Positions 42,212 through 52,360 of a stretch of DNA of 62,719 bases are shown here, in pieces (within the stretch, counting starts at the first letter, position 1; each line of letters starts with the position of its first letter). Position numbers and translations under genes: made by a program. The notes beneath the pieces were generated by a model. The model was given only the letters and a program-made list of their open reading frames with translations, was not told the origin of the DNA and made no database searches. The stretch comes from Acidobacteriota bacterium. GTDB lineage: Bacteria; Acidobacteriota; Blastocatellia; Pyrinomonadales; Pyrinomonadaceae. The DNA lies in the NCBI GenBank assembly GCA_031398645.1, contig JANNNS010000338.1:1-62719 (forward strand), read 5' to 3'.

Positions 42212-44224
42212 CTAGAACGTGTTGTACCGTGCAACTGCCGTGTCGCCGGTCTGGCCCCATTCCTTGGTCCAGATGTTCCTGGTGCCCACAGTCATCACAT
42301 AAAACGTTCCCGGAGTGCCCGGCCGCCACACAGCGTAATCGGTCTTCCCGTCGCCGTCATAATCGCCTTGCACCGTAACGTCACCCGTAACTCCCCAAAT
42401 GTCCGATACGACCGTTGAGCCGGCTGTGCCGCTAGGTTCGAAATCCCAAACGAAAAGTCCTCCGGCATTTCTAAATACCGCTACGTCTGTTTTTCCGTCA
42501 CCGTCATAGTCGCCGGGCACGACCGCGTCAGAAGCCGTTCCGAAGAGCTCACTTGAGAAGGTGCCACTAGACAATCTCTTCCAGAAACGGCCATTTCCAC
42601 CGTCGGAACGCTGAACGACAAAATCAGCGCGGCCATCGCCATCATAGTCGCCCGGAGCAGGGAAATCGCCCGTTTGACCCCATTCGACAGCGGTAAAGAG
42701 CGAACTAGGAGATGTCTTATAGAACCAGACGCTCTGCGTCCCAGATCGATAGACGGCAAGGTCGTCACGGCCGTCACCGTTGTAGTCGCCGACAACACGC
42801 GGATTGTCACCGGTCTGGCCGAACTGCTCGACGCGCATAGTTAACGATGCGCTTTGAATGATGTAGAAGGTTGCGTTGGAAGGGCGGAAGACTGTCGGGT
42901 CGTCTTTTCCGTCACCATCGTAGTCAGCTGCAATTATCTGATCACCGCTTATACCCCATTCGCGCGATGCGTCTGGACCGGTCGGATTAAACGAGGTGAG
43001 CCACGTTAGCTGCGATCCAACTCCGCCGGCCGGCCTCACGACCACATGGTCGGTCAGTCCGTCACCGTTGATATCAACAACTGATCGCGGAACTCCGATC
43101 TGGCCGCGAATTTCACCCCCGGTGTTGTTGGCCGTATGAATATTGAAATAAAGGAGGCCCGCCTTCAGGTTGGCAACCTGCGTCGGTGTGATAGGAAAGA
43201 CCTTGTCCGTTACCGAACCGAACGTAACGCCGGCCGTAGGCGCGAGATCGAATAGGACGCCTCCATTCGTACCCGGAGCAGCAGGCCCATGGATGTGGCC
43301 GACAGTTACGTTGCTGGACAATGGGGAAAGAGCTGACCCATACCTTACTGAAACCGTGATCGAAGTCTCGGCCTCGTTCAATGTGACCCGCCCGAACCCG
43401 ATCGCCGTCGAGCCGTTTGGCGGTACTTCCTGCGAACTGTTCAGATATCCCGTAAAAGTCGTCGAAAGGCCCGAGCCCGCCGGGGTGCCAACATTTGCCG
43501 CTCCTGGGGTCAGAGCCCCATCACTCGGAAAGTTGGCACTTCGGACGGTAGCACTGTATGTTGTTGCGTCGTTGGTCCCAGTTAATGCACCGGCATACCA
43601 CGCAGCTGCTGAATTCGCGTCGGTGTTATTCGGAAAGCGGGTCGCTGCCCCTATTGTGCCACCAGCGGCGGTTAGAACCGTGCCATAGGTGATGTCGCCC
43701 GCACCGCCGTCAGTCCAGGAAACGCCATCGACGATCGTAGCGCCGACCGGGAGGCTTTCGAGTGTTCCGTCATTGTTAGTGTCGTAGTCGGTTCCCGGCG
43801 TGATCGCAGTTGCACTGCTGATGAATAGAAACGAGTTCGTACCATTCTGAAGTGCTCCTCCGGATGTATCAAGGAGGGTTGTCTGGGCGACGAACGTTCC
43901 GGCTGGGTAGGTTCTTGCTCCGCAGGGCTGCGTACCTGTCACGACGAGTAAGCCGGATGAACCGAGGGCCGGCCCCGGCGAGCCGAACGTTATAACACCC
44001 GTAGCTACGCCCGGAGTCGAGCCGCTATCGCCCTCAATGGATACAAAGTGAAGATTCTCAACGATCGCGTTCGGCGGACCTTTAAGTTCAACGTATTCAC
44101 AAGGGTTGTCCGTTCCGCCGGGATTTACGCTGACTTCATTCAGCAAGATCTGTGACGAAACATTTAGAGACGCTGTGCATAGAAGGCCCAACAGAGCCGC
44201 CACTAGATGCGAGGATTTCTTCAT
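42212..44224 (-). CDS. Exported multidomain protein: lamin-tail-domain (LTD), CHRD domain, and FG-GAP/VCBS repeats
   Basis: Signal peptide MKKSSHLVAALLGLLCTASLNVSSQ. LTD motif ILLNEVSVNPGGTDNPCEYVELKG. CHRD motifs LNSSQEVPPNGSTAIGFG...VGHIHGPAAPGTNGGVLFDL...YFNIHTANNTGGEIRGQI. About eight repeats of GD.P.PGDYDGDGK.D.AV.R...G. Confidence 0.8.
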   Translation of the reverse strand: MKKSSHLVAALLGLLCTASLNVSSQILLNEVSVNPGGTDNPCEYVELKGPPNAIVENLHFVSIEGDSGSTPGVATGVITFGSPGPALGSSGLLVVTGTQPCGARTYPAGTFVAQTTLLDTSGGALQNGTNSFLFISSATAITPGTDYDTNNDGTLESLPVGATIVDGVSWTDGGAGDITYGTVLTAAGGTIGAATRFPNNTDANSAAAWYAGALTGTNDATTYSATVRSANFPSDGALTPGAANVGTPAGSGLSTTFTGYLNSSQEVPPNGSTAIGFGRVTLNEAETSITVSVRYGSALSPLSSNVTVGHIHGPAAPGTNGGVLFDLAPTAGVTFGSVTDKVFPITPTQVANLKAGLLYFNIHTANNTGGEIRGQIGVPRSVVDINGDGLTDHVVVRPAGGVGSQLTWLTSFNPTGPDASREWGISGDQIIAADYDGDGKDDPTVFRPSNATFYIIQSASLTMRVEQFGQTGDNPRVVGDYNGDGRDDLAVYRSGTQSVWFYKTSPSSLFTAVEWGQTGDFPAPGDYDGDGRADFVVQRSDGGNGRFWKRLSSGTFSSELFGTASDAVVPGDYDGDGKTDVAVFRNAGGLFVWDFEPSGTAGSTVVSDIWGVTGDVTVQGDYDGDGKTDYAVWRPGTPGTFYVMTVGTRNIWTKEWGQTGDTAVARYNTF

Positions 44225-44450
44225 TTTAATCTCCTTGATAGGGCTTGGACATTGGCCCGTCTGGTATCACACGTGATCAACCAGGAGGGTCGTAAAAGAT
44301 TGCCTTTCGGCAGAATAGGCTTTGGGGAATATTAGCACAGAAATAGGGGGCATTAGAAAACCACCATCGTCTGGGCATGGGCACGCATCAAAAAGTTCGA
44401 TCTTGACTCAGTTTCTGCTAGAATTGATCACACAGACGTAGGAAAAGAGG

Positions 44451-45581
44451 TTGTTGCGTATTATGGTAGGCAGGGGAGGAGTCGTTCTCTTAATTCTTGT
44501 GATTGGAGCAAGTACCGCCACGTGGTCACAGGACAGAAAGCTGCCAAAAAGCGGTGACGATGAGATCATCCGTGTGAATACGGAATTGGTCGAAGTGCCG
44601 TTAGTTGTAACAGACCGCGCCGGCAAGCCTTTGTTAAATCTGAAGCAAACGAACTTTGCTGTCCTCGAAGATGGCAAGGCTCAGGAGGTCGCTGAGTTTG
44701 CCGCGACTACCGCTCCGTTTGAGGTCGCATTGCTTCTGGACACCTCGGGATCTGCCCGAAACGAACTTCAACTGATACAACGTTCTGCGCAGAACTTCAT
44801 CAATTCGCTTCGGCCTGGCGACCGGGTTTCGATAATTGCATTTAGGACAGACGTTAAGGACAAAAGGGCCGTTCCGACCGCTGAGATATTGTCGGGCCTT
44901 ACTGGAGATCGATCGGCTCTGTCGAGTGCGCTCGAGAAGATAAGCACGAGTAATGGCACGCCCTATTACGATAGCCTTCTAAAGGTTGCGGAGAGCGTCT
45001 TTAAGGATCCGGTACAGGCTGAGTTTCGTGGGCGGCGAGCCTTGGTTGCTCTGACGGACGGGGTTGATTCAACGAGTGTTTCTGACTTTACCGAAGCTCA
45101 GGAACTGCTTGGGAAGTTGGGCGTCGCGTGTTATTTCATCAAGGTGGATACGCGGGAGTATTTCGAACAGAATCTTCTTGGCGACTGCCAAGTAGCAATC
45201 CGATTCTCGGCAGCACAGATCCGCCGCTATTACCGCAAGTTTGCACCCAACAGCAGGATCGAGACTACCGCTGACTTCTGTCAGTTAGGTGATTTTGAAC
45301 GGCTTGCGGTCAGCAAGAAGCTCTATGAGCTTGCTTCCGACGAAATGAACACCCTTGCGAAGGCCTCAGGCGGCAAAGTGTTTCCCGTCAATGACTTATC
45401 GGAGGCGAGAGTTGCGTTCAAGAGCGTCGCGGACGAGATTGGGACGAAGTATAGTCTTGGCTACTACTCGTCGAATGAGCGAAAGGACGGCACCTTCAGG
45501 CGGATCAAAGTTGAACTGAAAGGCCTTCCGCCCGGCACGCAGATCCGGGCTCGGGAAGGGTATACGGCTCCCGGAAACTGA
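44451..45581 (+). CDS. VWA-domain protein of the Acidobacterial VWFA-related type (TIGR03436-like)
   Basis: Signal/anchor segment. IIRVNTELVEVPLVVTDRAGKPLLNLKQTNFAVLEDGKAQEVAEF, then a VWA fold (ALLLDTSGSA MIDAS-like DxSxS, ...ALTDGVDS). An ATG at 44463 is an alternative start. Confidence 0.8.
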   Translation: MLRIMVGRGGVVLLILVIGASTATWSQDRKLPKSGDDEIIRVNTELVEVPLVVTDRAGKPLLNLKQTNFAVLEDGKAQEVAEFAATTAPFEVALLLDTSGSARNELQLIQRSAQNFINSLRPGDRVSIIAFRTDVKDKRAVPTAEILSGLTGDRSALSSALEKISTSNGTPYYDSLLKVAESVFKDPVQAEFRGRRALVALTDGVDSTSVSDFTEAQELLGKLGVACYFIKVDTREYFEQNLLGDCQVAIRFSAAQIRRYYRKFAPNSRIETTADFCQLGDFERLAVSKKLYELASDEMNTLAKASGGKVFPVNDLSEARVAFKSVADEIGTKYSLGYYSSNERKDGTFRRIKVELKGLPPGTQIRAREGYTAPGN

Positions 45582-45600
45582 CGGCGTTTCTCTCTAACAT

Positions 45601-46779
45601 ATGGCGAAGAAATTTAGACGCATCTGTTTGATCGTACTGGATTCGGCGGGCATCGGCGAGATGCCTGACGCGGCGGTGTGGGGTGACGCGGGTGCCGACA
45701 CACTCGGGCACATACTTGAGTCGCGTACCGTCGCATTGCCATATCTTCAGCGTCTCGGGTTAGGGAACATAAGGCCGCTAAGCGGGCTTTCGAGCGTAGC
45801 CGAACCGATCGGTAGTTTCGGCAAATGCACGCTTAAGTCCAACGGCAAAGACACAACGACAGGACACTGGGAAATGGCGGGGATCGTGCTAGAGAAGGCT
45901 TTCCCAACTTTCGCACACGGGTTTCCGCCTCGGATCATCGAAGAATTTGTCGCAAAAGCGAAGGTTCCGGGCGTACTCGGCAACATTCCGGCCAGCGGTA
46001 CCGAGATAATCAAGCAACTAGGCGAAGAGCACCTTCGGACGGGGAAGCCGATCGTTTACACGTCCGCCGATTCCGTATTTCAGATCGCTGCGCATGAAGA
46101 GGTCGTTCCGATCGAGAGGCTCTACGAAATGTGTGAGATCGCGCGGGCTATTCTTGATGGCGAAGATAAGGTTGGACGCGTGATCGCTCGGCCGTTCCTC
46201 GGGGAAAGTGCCTCTGATTTTAAGAGAACGGAAAACCGCCATGATTATGCCGTTCCTCCGCCGGACAATCTCCTACCGATGCTGAAGTATGCAGGCCTTG
46301 ATGTGGTTTGCATTGGTAAGATCGCTTCGATCTACGATTCAGTGGGCGTTACTCAAGATCTGCCGGCCAAGAATAACGACCAAACCATTGATCAGACCAT
46401 TACTGCTCTCAACGCTGAATCTCGCGGGCTCATCTTCAGCAACCTTGTCGATTTCGATATGCTGTACGGCCATCGTCGCGACACGGAAGGCTACGCGAAA
46501 GCGCTCGAGCATTTTGATTCCCGCCTCCCGGAGATCCTGGACGCCCTGAACGACGACGATCTTCTGATCATGACCGCCGACCACGGGAACGACCCTACAA
46601 AAGATGGCAGCGACCACACCCGAGAGTATGCACCGCTGCTCGTTTATGGAAGGTCTGCGAAGGCTGGCGTGGACCTAGGAACTCGCGGATCATTGGCGGA
46701 CATCGGTCAGACCATAGCCGAGAATTTTGATCTCAAGCTCCTTGAGGGGAGCGGCTTCCTTTTACAGATCCAAACCTGA
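45601..46779 (+). CDS. deoB: Phosphopentomutase
   Basis: RRICLIVLDSAGIGEMPDAAVWGDAGADTLGHI, KDTTTGHWEMAG and TADHGNDPT are classical DeoB blocks. Confidence 0.95.
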   Translation: MAKKFRRICLIVLDSAGIGEMPDAAVWGDAGADTLGHILESRTVALPYLQRLGLGNIRPLSGLSSVAEPIGSFGKCTLKSNGKDTTTGHWEMAGIVLEKAFPTFAHGFPPRIIEEFVAKAKVPGVLGNIPASGTEIIKQLGEEHLRTGKPIVYTSADSVFQIAAHEEVVPIERLYEMCEIARAILDGEDKVGRVIARPFLGESASDFKRTENRHDYAVPPPDNLLPMLKYAGLDVVCIGKIASIYDSVGVTQDLPAKNNDQTIDQTITALNAESRGLIFSNLVDFDMLYGHRRDTEGYAKALEHFDSRLPEILDALNDDDLLIMTADHGNDPTKDGSDHTREYAPLLVYGRSAKAGVDLGTRGSLADIGQTIAENFDLKLLEGSGFLLQIQT

Positions 46780-46886
46780 TAGCTCCCGTGCAAACGGCCA
46801 GCGGAAGGCGAACGTGAGTTGGGATAACCTGTGCAAACAATGGTATTATTCCGCAATTAATTCCCCGTTCGTAACCAGACAAAACA

Positions 46887-48629
46887 ATGAGAACCTTTTT
46901 TGCGATCTTAGGACTCGCGTGTGTCCTGTTTCTGTTCCAAAGCCCTTTAGATGCACAGGGAACGGCTGACGTTCCGGCAGAACCGCCATCGCGTTTACGC
47001 GGCGTGATCGAACGCTTCTCGCAGGATGTGGGTGCGTTCAACCGGCTGTATACGGCACAAACGTCTCAGAATCGGTCGGCGAGATTCAGGCAGCTGTATG
47101 CGGACTATGCCGCAATGCTCGATCGTATGAATTTCGATTCACTGACCCACGATGAACAGGTGGATCACGTTTTGCTCGCAAACCACCTGCGCCGAGAAAC
47201 TCGTGAATTGGATCGAGAAAAGGTTCAATTTGAAGAGATGGCAGCACTTTTGCCTTTTGCCAGGACGATCAGCGACCTTGAAGATCAGCGACGACGACTT
47301 GAGTCGATCGATCCGGGCAAGACGGCCGCGTTGCTCGACGCTCTCAGCCGGCAGATAGTTGAGACGCAAAAGTCGATAGATAGCGGAAAGATAGCGAGGC
47401 CAAAGCGAACTGTTGCCAATCGTACCGTCCGTACAATTGCCGGACTGCGCCAGACCCTCCGCGGATGGTATAACTTCCATAATCTGTACGATCCAACCTT
47501 CACGTGGTGGAACAAAAAGCCGTACGAATCGGTCGACGACGCCTTGCAGAAGTACCTGACCTACGTTTCATCCAAACTCGTCGGCATCGCCCCGGATGAC
47601 AGGACAACGATCATTGGTGATCCGATCGGCAGGGAAGCATTGATCGAGGAATTGCAATTCGAAATGATTCCTTACACTCCGGAGGAACTCGTCGAACTCG
47701 CAAACAAAGAGTTCGACTGGTGTATCGAGGAATTCAAGAAGGCGTCCCGCGAAATGGGCTTCGGTGACGACTACATGAAGGCTATCGAGGCCGTTAAGCT
47801 GAAGTATGTCGAACCTGGAAAACAGGCTGCACTAATTCGCGATCAGGCACGCGAAGCGATTGATTACATCAAGAAGAACGACCTCGTGACTGTTCCGCAA
47901 ACCGCTGAAGAAACATGGCGGATGGAGATGATGACGCCGGAGCGGCAGCTTATCGCACCTTTCTTCCTCGGTGGAGAAACGATCCTTGTCTCCTATCCGA
48001 CCGACGGGATGACACACGAGCAAAAGATGATGTCGATGCGAGGCAATAATCCGCATTTTGCAAGGGCGGTCACGCATCACGAACTTATTCCCGGCCACCA
48101 TTTACAGCAGTATATGACGCGGCGGTACAAACCGTACCGCGAATTGTTCCGCACTCCGTTCTGGGGAGAAGGCTGGGCGCTTTATTGGGAATTTATCCTT
48201 TGGGATCGCGGTTTTACGAAGACGCCCGAAGATAAGATAGGAGCACTTTTCTGGCGTTCGCACCGAGCAGCCCGCATCATTTTCTCGCTTAATTTTCACC
48301 TTGGCAATTGGACGCCGGAACAATGCGTCGATCTGCTCGTAAATAAGGTTGGCCACGAACGCGACAATGCATTGGCTGAGGTCAGGCGATCCTTTGCCGG
48401 TGATTATGGCCCGCTTTATCAAATGGCGTATATGATGGGCGGACTTCAACTCTATTCGCTGCATCGTGATGTTGTCGGCTCTAAGAAAATGACCGATCGA
48501 AACTTTCACGACGCGATCCTGAAGGAAGGAGCCATACCGATCGAGATGGTGCGAGCGATCATTACCAAACAGAAGCTTAGCCGTGATCAAAAGGCTGGTT
48601 GGAGATTCTACAAGCTCGGCAATAACTGA
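46887..48629 (+). CDS. DUF885-family exported protein (putative metallopeptidase fold)
   Basis: Signal peptide. The characteristic HHELIPGHHLQ motif and overall length match DUF885. Confidence 0.82.
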   Translation: MRTFFAILGLACVLFLFQSPLDAQGTADVPAEPPSRLRGVIERFSQDVGAFNRLYTAQTSQNRSARFRQLYADYAAMLDRMNFDSLTHDEQVDHVLLANHLRRETRELDREKVQFEEMAALLPFARTISDLEDQRRRLESIDPGKTAALLDALSRQIVETQKSIDSGKIARPKRTVANRTVRTIAGLRQTLRGWYNFHNLYDPTFTWWNKKPYESVDDALQKYLTYVSSKLVGIAPDDRTTIIGDPIGREALIEELQFEMIPYTPEELVELANKEFDWCIEEFKKASREMGFGDDYMKAIEAVKLKYVEPGKQAALIRDQAREAIDYIKKNDLVTVPQTAEETWRMEMMTPERQLIAPFFLGGETILVSYPTDGMTHEQKMMSMRGNNPHFARAVTHHELIPGHHLQQYMTRRYKPYRELFRTPFWGEGWALYWEFILWDRGFTKTPEDKIGALFWRSHRAARIIFSLNFHLGNWTPEQCVDLLVNKVGHERDNALAEVRRSFAGDYGPLYQMAYMMGGLQLYSLHRDVVGSKKMTDRNFHDAILKEGAIPIEMVRAIITKQKLSRDQKAGWRFYKLGNN

Positions 48630-48649
48630 CTCGCCGGGATCGGCGCCAA

Positions 48650-51235
48650 ATGCGAAAGAAGACACTGCTCTACATTCCCGTCGTTTTGTTGTTCGCATTT
48701 GCGGCATCTGCTCTCGTCACCCACTATGCAAATATTGGAAATGTGCAGGCTCGATTCTCCCGCGAAGCCAGGCTGCCGTTCGGCTATCTAGGCGGCGGAG
48801 CGTATGCGCTCACAGCCGAAGCGACCCAAGCAGGAATCAAGGCCGGCGACCGGATCGTGGCCATCAATGGCCGCCGCCTGGACGAGAAAGATCTCGTTTT
48901 CAATGAAGAAATGCTGAAAATGAGGGGCGGTGTACCACTCTCGCTTTCGATGTCTCGTGCTTCGCAAGACGGAGCCGTCGAACAGTTCGAGGCGACGGTA
49001 ATTCCGACCCCGATCGATCGGAATGTCGCGTTTTATACCGGATTTGTCGCGAACTTCATCTTCATCTATATTCTTCCGACCCTTTGCATCCTACTTGGGT
49101 TCTGGGTGTTGTTCGTCCGCCCGTCCGATCCCTTAGCGTGGATCCTGCTCTTTGTCCTACTCGGTTTGAGTTCGCTGGCGTTCGAGATGTACTGGGACGG
49201 AACAACCCTTCTGGGAGCTTATCAAAAGCTTTTCTTCGCCGGCTGGGCACTTGCGATGCTCTTGTTCGGCATCTATTTTCCTGAGCGTTGGGTGCTTGAC
49301 CAAAAGTTTCCGTGGATGAAGTGGCTTCTCGTAGTTCCACTAGGTTTTCAGGTATTGCTCACTTCGCTCGGCCTGGTTCGCGTGAACACGGGTATCGATC
49401 TGTTCCAATATCTCGGCCCGCTTCCAAATTTGTATGGGAAGTTCGGATTCTTCGTAAACATGATAGCGATAGGCCTGTTCTTCGCTGCTCTTGGTTACAA
49501 AATGGGCACGACCCAGAACCCCGACGGAAAGCGCCGCTTGCGGCTTATGCTCTATGGCACGGCGCTGGCCATCACGCCGTCGTTCTTCCTTGTCCTCTAC
49601 CGGATCATTTCCGGCAAGCAGGGAACTTTCTTTGAGATCGTGCCGTTTTGGATCGGCCTAATATCGCTCTTGTTGATGTTGCTTTTTCCCTTGACGATGG
49701 CCTACGTGATCGTGGTCTATCGAGCAATGGATGTTAGCGTGGTCGTTCGGCAAGGGCTGCAGTATGCCTTGGCGCGAAACGGGATCAGAGCGCTCCAGTT
49801 CGGATTGCTTATCCTCTTGGTACTAGGCCTGATCTGGACGTTCCGGAATTTTGGCGACGATATTGCAGCCCAGATCGGATTTGTGGCGGCCGGTTTTGCT
49901 CTAATTCCCCTGATCGAATATGCCGCAAAAAGGCTTCGTGTCGTGATCGATCGCAAATTCTTTCGCGAGGCATATGACGCCGAGCAAATACTGAGTGAAC
50001 TCAGCGACGATGTCCGCACAATGGTCGAGACAAAGCCTTTGCTTGAGACGGTCGCCGGCAGGATAAGTGAGTCACTACATGTTCCGCAAGTAGCTCTTCT
50101 CTTAAAGAACGGGCAAAATTTCGTTCCTGCGTACGCTCTTGGGTTTGATACTCCGCCAGTTGTATCGCTCAGCGGCGACTCAAAGTCGATCAGGAAGCTT
50201 GGCAACAACCAGCACATCGTCCTATACGACGACATGACTGAGGTGACCTCAACGCCGACAATGTCATTAAATGACCGTGACCAGCTGCGCGAGCTCAACG
50301 CGCAGATACTATTGCCGCTTTCCGTAAAGAACCAGCTTTCCGGGATAATCAGCCTGAGTCCTAAACGGTCCGAGGAACCATTTACGGCGAGCGACCTCCG
50401 ATTGCTCAGGTCGGTCGCATCGCAGACCGGCTTGGCACTTGAGAACTCTCGATTGACAGAGGCTTTTGCGAAAGAGGCTGCGCAGAAAGAACGTCTGAAC
50501 GCAGAGCTGGATATTGCTCGGGAAGTGCAGGAGCGTCTGTTTCCTCAGGAGCTGCCTAAGGTGAAGGGCCTGGAATATTACGGCGCGTGCCGGCCCGCGT
50601 TAGGGGTCGGCGGCGACTATTACGACTTCCTTGAACTGCCGGATGGAAAATTTGGGATCGCGATCGGGGACGTCTCGGGAAAGGGAATTGGAGCCTCATT
50701 GATGATGGCAAGTTTGCAGGCCTCACTGCGTGGCCAGGCTCTGCATTCCGGCGATGATATTGCCGGGTTGATGACCCACGTAAATACTCTGGTTTACGAG
50801 GCGTCAACGACGAATCGATACGCAACATTCTTTTACGCGCAGTTCGATCCGAAAACACTGCACCTTAGTTATGTAAATGCGGGCCACAATCCTCCGTTTC
50901 TTCTTCGACCGAACGGGGCGGATCTGGAGGTCATCAGTCTGGATGTCGGCGGCCCGGTCGTCGGAATGCTGCCGTCAATGATCGCAAAATATGAGCAGGG
51001 CGAGATCCAGCTTCAGGCCGGCGACATGTTGGTCGGGTTTACGGACGGCATTTCGGAGGCGATGAATCCCGCAGAAGAAGAATGGGGCGAAGACTCTTTG
51101 CTCGAGGAGCTAAAGCAGCTAGGCGAACTTAACTCAAAGGACATCCTTGAAAGAATAGTTGCCGGAGCCGATAAGTTTGCGGACGGTGCGAAACAGCACG
51201 ACGATATGACAATGATCGTCGTAAAGGTCTCGTAG
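48650..51235 (+). CDS. Polytopic membrane PP2C-type (SpoIIE/RsbU-like) serine phosphatase with an N-terminal PDZ-like domain and a GAF domain
   Basis: Signal-anchor, then a PDZ-like segment (AGIKAGDRIVAINGRRLDEKDL). Multiple hydrophobic segments span about residues 130-400. GAF-like region (ILLPLSVKNQLSGIISLS...DLRLLRSVASQTGLALEN). PP2C blocks GGDYYDF, GDVSGKGIGASLMMA, TDGISEA, DDMTMIVVKV. Confidence 0.85.
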   Translation: MRKKTLLYIPVVLLFAFAASALVTHYANIGNVQARFSREARLPFGYLGGGAYALTAEATQAGIKAGDRIVAINGRRLDEKDLVFNEEMLKMRGGVPLSLSMSRASQDGAVEQFEATVIPTPIDRNVAFYTGFVANFIFIYILPTLCILLGFWVLFVRPSDPLAWILLFVLLGLSSLAFEMYWDGTTLLGAYQKLFFAGWALAMLLFGIYFPERWVLDQKFPWMKWLLVVPLGFQVLLTSLGLVRVNTGIDLFQYLGPLPNLYGKFGFFVNMIAIGLFFAALGYKMGTTQNPDGKRRLRLMLYGTALAITPSFFLVLYRIISGKQGTFFEIVPFWIGLISLLLMLLFPLTMAYVIVVYRAMDVSVVVRQGLQYALARNGIRALQFGLLILLVLGLIWTFRNFGDDIAAQIGFVAAGFALIPLIEYAAKRLRVVIDRKFFREAYDAEQILSELSDDVRTMVETKPLLETVAGRISESLHVPQVALLLKNGQNFVPAYALGFDTPPVVSLSGDSKSIRKLGNNQHIVLYDDMTEVTSTPTMSLNDRDQLRELNAQILLPLSVKNQLSGIISLSPKRSEEPFTASDLRLLRSVASQTGLALENSRLTEAFAKEAAQKERLNAELDIAREVQERLFPQELPKVKGLEYYGACRPALGVGGDYYDFLELPDGKFGIAIGDVSGKGIGASLMMASLQASLRGQALHSGDDIAGLMTHVNTLVYEASTTNRYATFFYAQFDPKTLHLSYVNAGHNPPFLLRPNGADLEVISLDVGGPVVGMLPSMIAKYEQGEIQLQAGDMLVGFTDGISEAMNPAEEEWGEDSLLEELKQLGELNSKDILERIVAGADKFADGAKQHDDMTMIVVKVS

Positions 51236-51241
51236 TAGATC

Positions 51242-52300
51242 TTAGAAAATGAAGGAAGACTGCGTCGGCAGATCTTCATTCGTTCCGAAGGCCGTGACCA
51301 GGATGCCGTCTCTAGAGTTGATCAAATACCAGGTACCGTTCGAGGCACGAAACACCGCTACGTCGGCCTTGCCGTCTCCATCGTAATCTGCCGGCACCGG
51401 TATGTCGCCGTTTGCTCCCCACGAGATCACGCTAAAACCGCTCGAGCTCAAGGCTCGGAACCACTGGCCGCTTGAGGGACGAAATACAGCGAGGTCCGTC
51501 AGTCCGTCGCCATCATAATCTGCGGGAGCAGGAATATCGCCGGCCTGGCCCCAGGTTTGAATGAAGAAACCTATGCCGGACTTCAGAATGTACCAATTAC
51601 TTTCCGAAGGCCTGTAGATCGCAATGTCAGAATGTCCGTCGCCATCGAAATCACCTATCACAGGCTTATCCGTGGAAACGCCGAAGGTCACACTGGAAAT
51701 GGAATTATCAGCACTCATCAGCCTGAACCATGTTCCGGTCGATGGGCGAAAAACTACGAGGTCTGCCTTGTCGTCGCCGTCATGGTCGGCCGGTACCGCA
51801 ATGTCGCCCTGAGCGCCCCAGCCTGCCGCCTGAAACGTTTGGCTGCCCGAGTTGTACCAAAACCATGTACCGGTTGAAGGCCTAAATACCGCGACATCGG
51901 TCTTGCCGTCACCATCGTAGTCGGCAGGCGTAACACTGTCGGTCGAAACGCCAAACTCCATCACAGTATAACCGGCGGTTCCACGAAGCAGATACCAAAG
52001 CCCGTTCGAAGGCCGGCGGACCGAAAGATCAGAGCGTCCATCACCATCATAGTCGAACGGCGTCCGAAGGATCGTCGGAGGCGTCGATCCGCCTTGCCAG
52101 AATCCGCTATTCAGCTCGAAATTCGAACCCGTGCTCTTACCGGTCGCCGCTTGCCCGAAGGTTCCGTTTAGAGCAAAATTGCCGCCCGTGCTGCTTCCGC
52201 CGCCGTTCGAGATCACCGAGTTCGTGATCGTGAACGGGCCGCCGGACTGTGCAAAGGCCGCAGCTGATAATAATGCGATCAGTAATATGCTCTTCTTCAT
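51242..52300 (-). CDS. Exported FG-GAP/VCBS-repeat protein
   Basis: Signal peptide MKKSILLIALLSAAAFAQ. Gly/Ser/Asn-rich leader segment. Six or more repeats of P.DYDGDG..D.AVFRPS.G.W... It converges on the phosphatase gene with only 6 nt between the stops. Confidence 0.8.
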   Translation of the reverse strand: MKKSILLIALLSAAAFAQSGGPFTITNSVISNGGGSSTGGNFALNGTFGQAATGKSTGSNFELNSGFWQGGSTPPTILRTPFDYDGDGRSDLSVRRPSNGLWYLLRGTAGYTVMEFGVSTDSVTPADYDGDGKTDVAVFRPSTGTWFWYNSGSQTFQAAGWGAQGDIAVPADHDGDDKADLVVFRPSTGTWFRLMSADNSISSVTFGVSTDKPVIGDFDGDGHSDIAIYRPSESNWYILKSGIGFFIQTWGQAGDIPAPADYDGDGLTDLAVFRPSSGQWFRALSSSGFSVISWGANGDIPVPADYDGDGKADVAVFRASNGTWYLINSRDGILVTAFGTNEDLPTQSSFIF

Positions 52301-52360
52301 CGGGCTTCCTAAATCGATCCGAAGCTAACAAAACCAAAAATCGGCGAAAATCGTAGAGAC

